Shown: piece after piece, positions 26,639 through 35,921 of the stretch
Layout of the letters: every line of letters starts with the position of its first letter
Numbering within the stretch: the first letter of the stretch is position 1
Assembly: GCA_964434935.1 (NCBI GenBank)
Contig: CAYSWS010000002.1
Span: 8,320-72,319 of the forward strand
Length of the DNA stretch: 64,000 nucleotides
Direction: 5' to 3'
Origin: an uncultured Candidatus Saccharibacteria bacterium
Lineage (GTDB): Bacteria; Patescibacteriota; WWE3; UBA101185; UBA10185
Made by a program: the position numbers and the translations under genes
The notes under the pieces: generated by a model
Seen by the model: the letters and a program-made list of their open reading frames with translations, nothing else
Database searches by the model: none
What the model was told of the DNA's origin: nothing

Positions 26639-29632
26639 ATGGACAAGCCTTCAGCCTTGACACACATCGTTATAAAGGGTGCCAGACAACATAATTTAAA
26701 AAATATAGATCTTAGTATCCCTAAAAATAAGTTCATTGTCTTTACCGGAGTCTCAGGCTCAGGAAAATCGTCACTGGCTATGGACACTATATATGCGGAC
26801 GGGCAAAGAAGATATGTGGAAAGCCTTTCCGCCTATGCCAGGCAATTTTTAGGCATTATGGACAAACCGGATGTTGATTCTGTGGAGGGACTGGCCCCGG
26901 CCATTGCCATAGATCAAAAGACTACTTCCAGGAATCCACGCTCTACCGTAGGTACAGTCACGGAGGTATACGACTATTTGAGGTTGCTGTTTGCCCGAGT
27001 CGGACATCCGCATTGCCCGGAGTGCGGAAGAGAGATCCAAAGACAGTCAGCGCAGGAGATCACGGAGCAAATAGTTTCCACTCTGGAGATGAGCGAAGAT
27101 TTCAATACAGCTAAAGGAGTGAGATACTTTATTCTTTCTCCGATCATTAAAGACAGAAAAGGGGAGTACAGCAGTTTGTTCGAAAATCTGAGAAAACAAG
27201 GCCTGGTCAGAGCCAGGATAGATGGTGCGATCAGGGATCTCAGAGAAAGTCTGACATTGATCAAGACCAACAAGCACTCCATTGAAGCGGTCATTTCTAG
27301 GGAAGTGATCAATAAAAAAAGATTATCCGAACCCAAGGCCAGGAAAGACTTTATAAGTAGCATAAATCAAATTGTGGAGACCGCCCTAAGGCTTAGTAAT
27401 GGTAACGTGCTTTTAAGTATAGTTAAAGATAAGGAATTTGATTTTCCTGTATCTCCTAAGGAATTTGACGACCATCTCTATTCGGAGAACTTTGCCTGCC
27501 CTTTTTGCAATATATCTCTGCCTGATCTGGAACCAAGAACCTTTTCCTTTAACTCACCCCACGGTGCTTGCCCGGTGTGCGACGGGCTGGGCACACAGAT
27601 GGAAATTGACGTTAACTTATTGTTCAATCCCAACCTTTCCGTCTTGGAAGGCGGTTTTTATCCCTGGACCAGAGTGTTCGAGCACAGCTCCTGGACAGCT
27701 AACATCGTCAATGCCGTGGCTGCAGAATACGGCATTCCTTTGAATGTTCCCATTAAAGAACTTAAAAAGTCGGCCATGGACATTTTGCTATATGGCGCCC
27801 CTCAACAGAGACGTTTTTGGGTGACTTATAAAAATAGAGAGGGATTTACACATAGATACAAAGCCAGGTTCGAAGGGCTCATCCCCAACCTTATGAGAAG
27901 GTACAAGGAAACACAGTCAGATTTCATGAGACGGGAGATAGAAAAATACATGGTGCGGGACAATTGCGAGGGCTGCGGCGGCACCAGGCTTAAAAAAGCC
28001 TCATTATCGGTAACGTTGGATAAATTTAATATTGCCGAAGTGTCCGAATTCTCCATTAGAAAGATACAGGCCTGGCTGGATGATCTGGAAAATAAGTTGA
28101 CCAGCCGGGAGAAGCAAATTGCTGAGGCTCTGCTTAAAGAGATAGATTACCGTCTGCAATTTTTGATAGATGTGGGGATAGGTTACTTGACCCTGTCCAG
28201 GACCTCATCTCAGTTGTCGGGTGGAGAAGCGCAGAGGATCAGATTGGCATCACAAATAGGTTCAGGTCTGTCCGGTGTGCTCTATGTGCTGGATGAACCC
28301 TCCATCGGTTTGCACCAAAAAGATCAGGGTAAGTTGATAAGAACTCTTAAGCATTTGCGGGATCTGGGTAATACGGTCATTGTGGTAGAACATGATATGG
28401 AAACCATGCTGGAAGCTGATCATCTGGTTGATTTTGGGCCCGGAGCCGGCGAACATGGCGGAAAGATCGTGGCCGAAGGTACGCCTGAGGAGATCAAGCA
28501 GGCCAAAGATTCGTTAACGGGACAATATCTGTCCGGAAAAAAAGTTGTTGGGGCTAATGGCGTCAAGGAAGAGCACCAACTGCAGCAGTTGCTGGAAGAC
28601 GAATCCAACCACAAAGTTATAAAAAGGCTCTCCGGCAAGACGGTCGTGCTCAAGGGAGCCAGAGGCAGGAATTTGAAGAACATCAACTTTGAGATCCCCT
28701 TGGGAAAATTCACCTGTGTCACGGGAGTCTCCGGCAGCGGCAAGTCGACTTTGGTCATGGACACATTTCATAAAGGATTAAGGCAGCACTTTGGTCTAAA
28801 AAATGATGAGAGACCGGAAGAGTTTGATAGTTTGGAAGGTGCGGAGAATCTGGATAAGGTCATAGCCATCGATCAAAGTCCTATCGGCAGGACGCCAAAA
28901 TCAAATCCGGCTACCTACACTAAAACCTTCGATCATATCAGGGACCTTTTTGCCAAGACCGAAGAAGCCAGGATCAGAGGCTATAAACCCGGAAGATTTA
29001 GTTTTAATGTCAAGGGTGGACGATGCGAAGCCTGCCGGGGAGAAGGTCAGATCAAAATAGAAATGCAGTTCATGCCTGATGTCTACGTGAACTGCGAGGT
29101 CTGCCAGGGAAAAAGATACAACCGGGAAGCACAGGAAATATATTATAAGGGCAAGAATATCAGTGATGTGCTCAACATGACGGTGGAGGAAGCTCTGCGG
29201 TTCTTCGAAAATATACCGGCTATAAGAAGGAAGATACAAACTTTGCACGATGTCGGTTTGGGGTACATAAGACTGGGACAGCCGGCTCCTACTTTATCCG
29301 GAGGAGAAGCGCAAAGGGTTAAGTTGGCGCTGGAATTGTCCAAAAGACCTACCGGAAGCACGCTTTATATCCTTGACGAACCTACCACCGGCTTGCATTT
29401 TGCCGATCTGGAAAGACTGATCGTCATACTAAAAAGATTGTCTGCCAGGGGAAATACCGTTGTCATCATCGAACACAACCTGGATATTATTTCGAATTCC
29501 GATTACGTGGTAGACCTGGGACCCGAAGGCGGCTCTGAAGGTGGAGAGATAGTTTTTTCCGGTACCCTTTCACAACTAAGAAATAATAAGCAAAGCTACA
29601 CAGCCCAAGCCCTAAGGCAATCGAAAAAATGA
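26639..29632 (+). CDS. uvrA: Excinuclease ABC subunit A
   Basis: Two ABC ATPase modules (GVSGSGKSSLA... and GVSGSGKSTLV), zinc-finger cysteines, LSGGEAQR signatures. 997 aa. Confidence 0.95.
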   Translation: MDKPSALTHIVIKGARQHNLKNIDLSIPKNKFIVFTGVSGSGKSSLAMDTIYADGQRRYVESLSAYARQFLGIMDKPDVDSVEGLAPAIAIDQKTTSRNPRSTVGTVTEVYDYLRLLFARVGHPHCPECGREIQRQSAQEITEQIVSTLEMSEDFNTAKGVRYFILSPIIKDRKGEYSSLFENLRKQGLVRARIDGAIRDLRESLTLIKTNKHSIEAVISREVINKKRLSEPKARKDFISSINQIVETALRLSNGNVLLSIVKDKEFDFPVSPKEFDDHLYSENFACPFCNISLPDLEPRTFSFNSPHGACPVCDGLGTQMEIDVNLLFNPNLSVLEGGFYPWTRVFEHSSWTANIVNAVAAEYGIPLNVPIKELKKSAMDILLYGAPQQRRFWVTYKNREGFTHRYKARFEGLIPNLMRRYKETQSDFMRREIEKYMVRDNCEGCGGTRLKKASLSVTLDKFNIAEVSEFSIRKIQAWLDDLENKLTSREKQIAEALLKEIDYRLQFLIDVGIGYLTLSRTSSQLSGGEAQRIRLASQIGSGLSGVLYVLDEPSIGLHQKDQGKLIRTLKHLRDLGNTVIVVEHDMETMLEADHLVDFGPGAGEHGGKIVAEGTPEEIKQAKDSLTGQYLSGKKVVGANGVKEEHQLQQLLEDESNHKVIKRLSGKTVVLKGARGRNLKNINFEIPLGKFTCVTGVSGSGKSTLVMDTFHKGLRQHFGLKNDERPEEFDSLEGAENLDKVIAIDQSPIGRTPKSNPATYTKTFDHIRDLFAKTEEARIRGYKPGRFSFNVKGGRCEACRGEGQIKIEMQFMPDVYVNCEVCQGKRYNREAQEIYYKGKNISDVLNMTVEEALRFFENIPAIRRKIQTLHDVGLGYIRLGQPAPTLSGGEAQRVKLALELSKRPTGSTLYILDEPTTGLHFADLERLIVILKRLSARGNTVVIIEHNLDIISNSDYVVDLGPEGGSEGGEIVFSGTLSQLRNNKQSYTAQALRQSKK

Positions 29633-31403
29633 TCTTCCAGGGATTTATAACGCTTTTTTTAGGATTTTTCTCGGCATATATAATTGACTGGGTGTGCAAT
29701 TCTCCGTTCAGATCTTCGAACCGTAACGTATCTTGCTTTTTAGGCAAGCTGAGTGACCTGACCTCAAAAGGCAGCAAGGTTTTACCTTCCAGGTTATAAA
29801 TGTAGGTTCCACCTTCGTTTTTCAAATAATATTTTTTATAACCGGCTAAGAGATAAAGAGGATTGAGAGTGAACCTTTTATAAAGGCTGACCAAATGGTC
29901 GAACTCCGCGTCGGCGGCATTTTCCGAGATAGCAACCTCCACTAGCTTTTTATTGTCCTCCAGACGGTAAAAACCGGCCGGCAGGGGTCTTTCCGAATCC
30001 GCACCCTTGATGACAAAAGCAAAGTGACTGTTGTCCAATTTAGAAAAGAAATCAAGTTGAGAAGTGTTGCCCCAGGTGGGGTCAACGGGCACCCAGCCGA
30101 AATTAGGATCATAATATTCAGGCCAGGCATGAAGTAAATCTCCGGATCTTAATTTTATGGACAGAGGCAAATTGACGTTTTGATAAACATTCACAGCGTA
30201 CCCATTCAACTCTCTGGCGGGTATACCTAGCGCTCTGGCCAAAGTGATAAAGAGATCGGTGAATTCCATGCAGGCGGCCGGAACTTCTTTATTGAGGGCT
30301 TTTAGAGCTCCACCCCTTTGCAAATAATCATTATTTATGACATCAAAATCATAATTAAGTGCATTGACTGTAAATGTATAGACCAGTTGAGCGTTTTGTG
30401 ACACGTTCAGTTCTTTATCTAAGATCTTGTTCTTTAAGTTTTGTATGAGCGGATCGTTGACCTCCCAGTATTTTTCCGCTCCGGTGTACCTTTCCACCAG
30501 ATCTTTGGGTATGTCATTGAAGGCTCCTCCCAACTCACTATTTATCTGCTTGCCTATGAGCCTGACTGAACCCGTTAATACCACCTCAAGCTTTGATCTT
30601 GGCCTGAGGACATACTGGGCTATCAGATTACCGTCCTTGTCCTCATAGACTTTGACCGGCTCAGGTTCGATCTTTTTATGGTGCACTTGCTGCAAATTCC
30701 TGATATCAGGCGGCAGGGCAATTTCCTGAATGCCGGCAAAAAAGGAAGTATTTTCCAGCTGGTAGGTCAACTTGTAATTTAACACCTGATACTTCCCGAA
30801 ACTGGCAGAAATGCCTTTATTTTCCAACCCCTCTTTAGTAAAGGTGTACTGGGTCCTGCTGCTTTCCGGGTTGATGAGCTTGGGTTCAGGTGTGATGAAA
30901 ATATTTGGTCCAAAGGAGGTGGGTACTGAAAGTATCACTTCATATTCACGAATGACATCCAGATCGGCTATTTTGGGTATGCGCACGGTATAGATCTCGC
31001 CGATCTTGGTAGCAATGTCCTTGGTCTTATATTTTAAGGTGAACTTATTGCTTCTGCTCTTGCCGATGACGTTTTCGTTAAAAAGGACCTTAATGATGTT
31101 TTGATCGTTGTTAATCTCATTCACGATCTCCATGGGACCGATCTCGTCCCGGGCCGAAAGATCGTATACCTGCATTTGCTTGAGTGTCAAAGAATAGTTA
31201 GTGGCAATAACATCATCTTTTAGGTTTGTTATGGTGATGTCCTGGGTTACAAAGGTTTCACTATTGGGTTGGACATCATATAAGACACTGAATTCGGTTT
31301 TGAACTCGTCAGCGGCCATGGTTTTGGTACCAAACATTACTGAGCATGCCAAAATAAACAAAACCAGCCATTTTCTTTTCATGAATATCATTTTACAACA
31401 CAT
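29487..31403 (-). CDS. Transglutaminase-like domain protein, secreted/membrane-anchored (signal peptide, C-terminal TM helix)
   Basis: Cys-containing transglutaminase core ACMEFTDLFITLARALGIPARELNGYAV plus downstream His/Asp. The N-terminal signal is MKRKWLVLFILACSVMF, with alternative starts at 31391 and 31382. The 3' end overlaps uvrA convergently by 146 nt. Confidence 0.65.
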   Translation of the reverse strand: MCCKMIFMKRKWLVLFILACSVMFGTKTMAADEFKTEFSVLYDVQPNSETFVTQDITITNLKDDVIATNYSLTLKQMQVYDLSARDEIGPMEIVNEINNDQNIIKVLFNENVIGKSRSNKFTLKYKTKDIATKIGEIYTVRIPKIADLDVIREYEVILSVPTSFGPNIFITPEPKLINPESSRTQYTFTKEGLENKGISASFGKYQVLNYKLTYQLENTSFFAGIQEIALPPDIRNLQQVHHKKIEPEPVKVYEDKDGNLIAQYVLRPRSKLEVVLTGSVRLIGKQINSELGGAFNDIPKDLVERYTGAEKYWEVNDPLIQNLKNKILDKELNVSQNAQLVYTFTVNALNYDFDVINNDYLQRGGALKALNKEVPAACMEFTDLFITLARALGIPARELNGYAVNVYQNVNLPLSIKLRSGDLLHAWPEYYDPNFGWVPVDPTWGNTSQLDFFSKLDNSHFAFVIKGADSERPLPAGFYRLEDNKKLVEVAISENAADAEFDHLVSLYKRFTLNPLYLLAGYKKYYLKNEGGTYIYNLEGKTLLPFEVRSLSLPKKQDTLRFEDLNGELHTQSIIYAEKNPKKSVINPWKIIFSIALGLGLCSFAYYFLVVKGYRKKLSLHLQSRLRVPGLPRNRNSK

Positions 31404-31431
31404 CTTCAGACTGCGATGTTAAAATTAGCCC

Positions 31432-32757
31432 ATGCGTGAAGACGTGATAAACAAAGTTAAGGAGTTACCTCGAGAACCGGGGGTATATTTGTTCAAGAAT
31501 TCCCAAGGCACCATTATTTACGTAGGCAAGGCCAAGAGATTAAAAAATAGGGTCTCTTCTTACTTTCAAAAAACCATTTCCCTGGAACCCAAGACCAAGG
31601 TCATGGTCAGCAAGATCAGTGATATGGAGATAATCCGCACAGCCTCGGAATTGGAGGCTCTCATCCTGGAAGCCGAACTCATAAAAAAGCACAAACCACG
31701 CTACAACATAATTTACAAGGATGATAAATCTCATCTTTATATTGTAGAAAGAAAAGATAATTTAAAAATAGGGGGTAAAGTGGTCAAACTATCAAAAGTG
31801 ATAACAGCCAGAAAAACTGACCTGAAGAAAAATGATATCAAATTCGGTCCATATACAAATAGCCGCACGACCAAACAGATACTACGTACATTAAGAAAGA
31901 TCTTTCCTTTCAGGGATTGTTCACCGGCTAAGTTTTACAGATATCAGAAGATAGACAAGCCTTGTTTATACGGCCATTTGGGTCTTTGCCCGGCACCTTG
32001 CTTATCCGGGGCTGACTTGGAAAAGAGCAAAAAAGAACTCATAAGATTGAAAAAATTCTTACGAGGTAAAAGTTCAAGCATCATCAACGAATACGAGAAG
32101 CTAATGGCAGAAGCGGCCAAGCACAAAGATTACGAGCAGGCCGCAGATTATAGGGATATGCTCAGGAGGTTCGAATATATCAGAGCCAGCTTCAAACCGG
32201 CCCAGCAATATATGGAAAATCCTAACTTGTTCCAAGACATGGCGCAAAGATCTTTACGGGAGTTGAGAGATAGTATACCTATTTTGGATAAGCTGCCCGT
32301 AAAAATAGAGTGTTATGACATTTCCAACATTTCCGGCCATGAGGCTGTCGGATCTTTAGTTGTCAGCAAGAATGGCAGTCTAAATAGTGACGAATACAAA
32401 AAGTTCAGGATCAAATTGAAGTCGGAGCCGGATGATGTGGGTATGATGGCGGAAGTGCTGTCAAGAAGATTAAAGAACAAAAAGTGGGAACTTCCGGATC
32501 TCATAGTTTTGGATGGAGGGAAGGGACAGGTGTCTGCTATAGAGGCGGTATTGAAGGATAACGGTCTCAAGATCCCGCTGGTGGGTCTAGCCAAAAGAAA
32601 AGAAACACTGATATTTTTGCAGGGTGGAGAATTTATGAAGCTTCAACTTCCAGAGGACAACGAAGGTTTAAAACTCATCATCAGATTGAGAGACGAAGCC
32701 CATCGTTTTGCTCAAAGTTATCACCATTATTTAAGACGTAAAAAAATTCAAGTATAA
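31432..32757 (+). CDS. uvrC: Excinuclease ABC subunit C (short form, 441 aa)
   Basis: GIY-YIG domain (PREPGVYLFKNSQGTIIYVGKAKRLKNRVSSYF), UVR domain (DYEQAADYRDMLRRFEYI) and RNase H-like endonuclease domain (IECYDISNISGHEAVGSLVV). It ends without an obvious C-terminal (HhH)2 region. Confidence 0.85.
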   Translation: MREDVINKVKELPREPGVYLFKNSQGTIIYVGKAKRLKNRVSSYFQKTISLEPKTKVMVSKISDMEIIRTASELEALILEAELIKKHKPRYNIIYKDDKSHLYIVERKDNLKIGGKVVKLSKVITARKTDLKKNDIKFGPYTNSRTTKQILRTLRKIFPFRDCSPAKFYRYQKIDKPCLYGHLGLCPAPCLSGADLEKSKKELIRLKKFLRGKSSSIINEYEKLMAEAAKHKDYEQAADYRDMLRRFEYIRASFKPAQQYMENPNLFQDMAQRSLRELRDSIPILDKLPVKIECYDISNISGHEAVGSLVVSKNGSLNSDEYKKFRIKLKSEPDDVGMMAEVLSRRLKNKKWELPDLIVLDGGKGQVSAIEAVLKDNGLKIPLVGLAKRKETLIFLQGGEFMKLQLPEDNEGLKLIIRLRDEAHRFAQSYHHYLRRKKIQV

Positions 32758-32764
32758 TGTTTTA

Positions 32765-33178
32765 GTGTTAAAGTCATTAATTAGATTATCGCTGTTTATT
32801 ACTATTTCCCTTAATATTACTCAATACATCATTGGCTGTTTTTCTTTCGATCATCCCAGCGCCATCATCTTGTTCATCATGGGTTTGACCCTTTTATATA
32901 TGTTCATGCGCCCCTTACTCATTCTCATCTCCTTGCCCAATGAAGGACCGGGCTACATTTTCATGAGTTTTATCTTAACCGCCATCACCGTCTATGTTCT
33001 TACTTTGTTCATACCGTTCTTTAAGATCAGATCCGCCACCATATCCGAGTTGATGTTTTTTGGCTATGTGTTACCATCTAAGCAATTGAGCGTGGCCTGG
33101 TCGATGGTATTTTCTTCGCTTCTCATAGCGGTTTTAATGGTATTTTTTAATTGGATCTGCGAAAGCAGAAAAAGATAA
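32765..33178 (+). CDS. Hypothetical integral membrane protein (4 TM, YvlD/DUF360-like)
   Basis: Four hydrophobic helices. The LPNEGPG loop is reminiscent of DUF360/phage_holin_4_2 proteins, but this is a weak assignment. Confidence 0.45.
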   Translation: MLKSLIRLSLFITISLNITQYIIGCFSFDHPSAIILFIMGLTLLYMFMRPLLILISLPNEGPGYIFMSFILTAITVYVLTLFIPFFKIRSATISELMFFGYVLPSKQLSVAWSMVFSSLLIAVLMVFFNWICESRKR

Positions 33179-33179
33179 T

Positions 33180-33398
33180 ATGTATAGGATCTTGCAAATA
33201 ACACATATCATAATGTCCGTGGCTGTAGTAGGACTGGTCCTGATCCAATCCAAAGGTGGGGGTTTTGCTTCTGGGATCGGAAATTCCATAGGATTTTATA
33301 GGTCTCGTCGAGGATTGGAAAAGCTTGTCTTCATTCTCACCATAATCATTGCTATTTTAGTGGTGGCAAATTCTCTGCTCTTAGTTCTGCTAAGCTGA
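33180..33398 (+). CDS. secG: Preprotein translocase subunit SecG
   Basis: Two TM helices with a central glycine-rich loop (LIQSKGGGFASGIGNS). 72 aa. Confidence 0.8.
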   Translation: MYRILQITHIIMSVAVVGLVLIQSKGGGFASGIGNSIGFYRSRRGLEKLVFILTIIIAILVVANSLLLVLLS

Positions 33399-33399
33399 T

Positions 33400-34728
33400 A
33401 TGTCAACATACATCATCGAAGGGGCCCATCAACTTGAGGGCACCATAAAACCGTCAGGTAGCAAAGATGCCGCCGTAAAACTACTATCTGCCTCATTACT
33501 ATCAAATGAAGATATTGTGCTGGAAAATGTCCCTAGAACATCGGATATTGAACTAATGATAGAGATCATAAAAGCGGTTGGAGGTACTATTTCCTGGATA
33601 GGCGATAACAAACTAAGTATTAACGGCTCAACAGTAAAAACGCACATCATACCCTTTGATATTGGGTCCAAAAGCCGCTTCGCCCTGCTACTGGCAGGAC
33701 CGTTGCTGTTTAGATTCGGCAAGGCAACACTACCCAGGACTTTAAGTGCATCTAGTAAGCCCCAGCCTATCAATAGGTGGATAGATACTTGGAAGGCTTT
33801 AGGAAATGATGTGGAGACCGATAAAGAACATATATATTTGGAGGCAAAGGAACAATACGGTACTGCGGTGAATTTTAAGATCAGCACCCATATGGGAACA
33901 GCCAACGCCCTCCTAACCGCCGCTTTTACTCCCGGACAAACAGTTATTACAAATGCTGCTGAAGAAAGTGAGATAGACGATCTCATAGAATTTCTTAATG
34001 TCATAGGCGGACAGGCAGAGAGGTTCGAGCCCAGAAAGATCAGGGTTATTGGCCGTAATGTTTTTACCAAGGGGTATTTTGAGATCCAGCCGGATATTAT
34101 TGAAACAGTAGCTTTTGCTACGGCCGCCTTGGTGACAAAAGGCAGCATTGTCATAAAGGGCATCAAGAAACTTCACTTAACTTCGTTTGTAAATTTTCTC
34201 ACTAACATAGGAGCTAGGTTCGAATACGACCGTGAGCAGATGTGCGTGTGGTACGGGGGAGAGGAATTCCAGCCTCTTAAGCTGGAAAGCGCTCCAGCTC
34301 CGGGATTTTTAGCGGACTGGCTTCCCTTTGCTGCCACACTGCTTACTTTTGCTCAAGGGGAAAGCTACATCCACGATACCATCTTTGTGGACAGATTCGG
34401 CTTTGCTCAGGATCTCAACCGCATGGGTGCCGATATAAGTTTGAAAAAACCTACTGAGGTGGGTTTCCAGGTTGTCATCAGCGATGAATCCTATGACTAT
34501 GAGAAATTGGGCGAACCCAATTCGGTTTTGGAGATATGTGGACCCACCAAGCTTAGAGGTATACGGCTGAACATGGATGATGAAAGGTTCAATTCGGCTT
34601 TGGTCATTGCTGCTCTTGGCGCCGAAGGAAGGAACGAGCTCATAGGTGTGGAAGAAATGTTTGTTAGATATGAGAATTTCTTTGAGAAATTAGGTAGTTT
34701 AGGGGCCGTTATTTCTTCGAACCCATGA
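33400..34728 (+). CDS. murA: UDP-N-acetylglucosamine 1-carboxyvinyltransferase homolog (MurA/EPSP-synthase fold); catalytic-loop Cys apparently absent
   Basis: KPSGSKDAAVKLLSASLLS matches ISGAKNAALPIL, and PGFLADWLPFAATLLTFAQGESYIHDTIFVDRFGFAQDLNRMGA matches PGFPTDMQAQFT...RMGA. The PGGC(A/T)IGARP loop is replaced by PRTLSASSKP. Confidence 0.8.
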   Translation: MSTYIIEGAHQLEGTIKPSGSKDAAVKLLSASLLSNEDIVLENVPRTSDIELMIEIIKAVGGTISWIGDNKLSINGSTVKTHIIPFDIGSKSRFALLLAGPLLFRFGKATLPRTLSASSKPQPINRWIDTWKALGNDVETDKEHIYLEAKEQYGTAVNFKISTHMGTANALLTAAFTPGQTVITNAAEESEIDDLIEFLNVIGGQAERFEPRKIRVIGRNVFTKGYFEIQPDIIETVAFATAALVTKGSIVIKGIKKLHLTSFVNFLTNIGARFEYDREQMCVWYGGEEFQPLKLESAPAPGFLADWLPFAATLLTFAQGESYIHDTIFVDRFGFAQDLNRMGADISLKKPTEVGFQVVISDESYDYEKLGEPNSVLEICGPTKLRGIRLNMDDERFNSALVIAALGAEGRNELIGVEEMFVRYENFFEKLGSLGAVISSNP

Positions 34729-35903
34729 AAGACACAAAAAACAGTTCTTATAAATCTTTCCTCTTGGTAATTTTTTCTCTGCTGGTGTTCGGATTATTTA
34801 TCATTTACAATTCTACGGCTTATTTTGCTCAATCCACCTTCGGCAATCCTTTCAAATTTGTCATGCTGCAGCTGGTTTGGATATTGGTAGGCCTCCTGGG
34901 TTTTGTATTTTTTTCTAAGTTTGATTACAGGAAGTTAGGCAACGTTTCATTTTTGCTTTTTGTATCAAGCATTGGGTTCTTACTGTTCTTGGCTTTCATC
35001 GGCTTATTTTTATGCCGAACTCCTGAAGATGCTGGTATAATCTTTGCCCCCTGCATAAACGGGGCTAGCCGCTGGTTCTACCTCAACCCCGAGCCTCTGC
35101 CGGCGCTACCTTTTCTTGGTGTTTTAGGGTTTCAACCTGTCGCTCTGGCAAAGTTAGCCCTGGTACTATATTTATCCACGCAGTTAAGTAAGTTTGAAAA
35201 TAGAAAAAGTTTTGGATATGATCCATTCATTGTCTATCTTGTCACGGTCATGATATTTTCTATTCTATTAATTCTGCAACCCAATATGTCAAATGCTGTG
35301 CTCATCTTTTTTATAGGCAGCATTATCTATTTTGTATCCGGCTACCCGCTAGTACCCATTTTGATCTCTACTCCAATTTTGAGTTTAGTAGGGACCGTAT
35401 TGATCTTCACATCAGAATACAGAAGAGAGCGCTTGTTAACTTTACTGGGGTTAACACCTGCAGGTGGAAATGAGGCCGGTTATCATATACAGCAAGTGCT
35501 GATCGCCTTGGGCTCAGGAGGGTTGCTGGGCTTAGGTTTTGGTCAATCACGGCAAAAATACCAATATTTGCCGGAAGTGGCCTCGGATTCAATATTTGCC
35601 ATTATAGGCGAGGAGTTTGGCTTCATGGGTACAACAGTAGTGATCTTGGTCTTTGCTTATTTGCTGCACATGGGCTTGAACATAGCTAAGAATGCTCCTG
35701 ATATGTTGGGGAGGATGCTGGCGGTGGGTATCACTTCGTGGATTGGGATGCAGTTTTTTATAAATATTGCCGCCATGACCAGGCTCATACCTTTGACAGG
35801 CATGCCCATACCTTTGATATCTTATGGTGGTTCGAGCATGGTCTTTACGCTCATGGGCTTGGGGGTTTTGAATAATATTCGCAGACAAACAAAAGAGTCA
35901 TAA
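34725..35903 (+). CDS. ftsW: SEDS family peptidoglycan glycosyltransferase (FtsW-like, in the dcw cluster)
   Basis: 10-TM protein with the conserved C-terminal LIPLTGMPIPLISYGGSSMV motif. Confidence 0.85.
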   Translation: MKDTKNSSYKSFLLVIFSLLVFGLFIIYNSTAYFAQSTFGNPFKFVMLQLVWILVGLLGFVFFSKFDYRKLGNVSFLLFVSSIGFLLFLAFIGLFLCRTPEDAGIIFAPCINGASRWFYLNPEPLPALPFLGVLGFQPVALAKLALVLYLSTQLSKFENRKSFGYDPFIVYLVTVMIFSILLILQPNMSNAVLIFFIGSIIYFVSGYPLVPILISTPILSLVGTVLIFTSEYRRERLLTLLGLTPAGGNEAGYHIQQVLIALGSGGLLGLGFGQSRQKYQYLPEVASDSIFAIIGEEFGFMGTTVVILVFAYLLHMGLNIAKNAPDMLGRMLAVGITSWIGMQFFINIAAMTRLIPLTGMPIPLISYGGSSMVFTLMGLGVLNNIRRQTKES

Positions 35904-35921
35904 TTTCTGCTAGAATCAGTA

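Noticed and set aside
33429-34166. 245-aa antisense ORF inside murA
   Set aside because: It sits opposite a gene with clear family homology, has no RBS and a low-complexity product.
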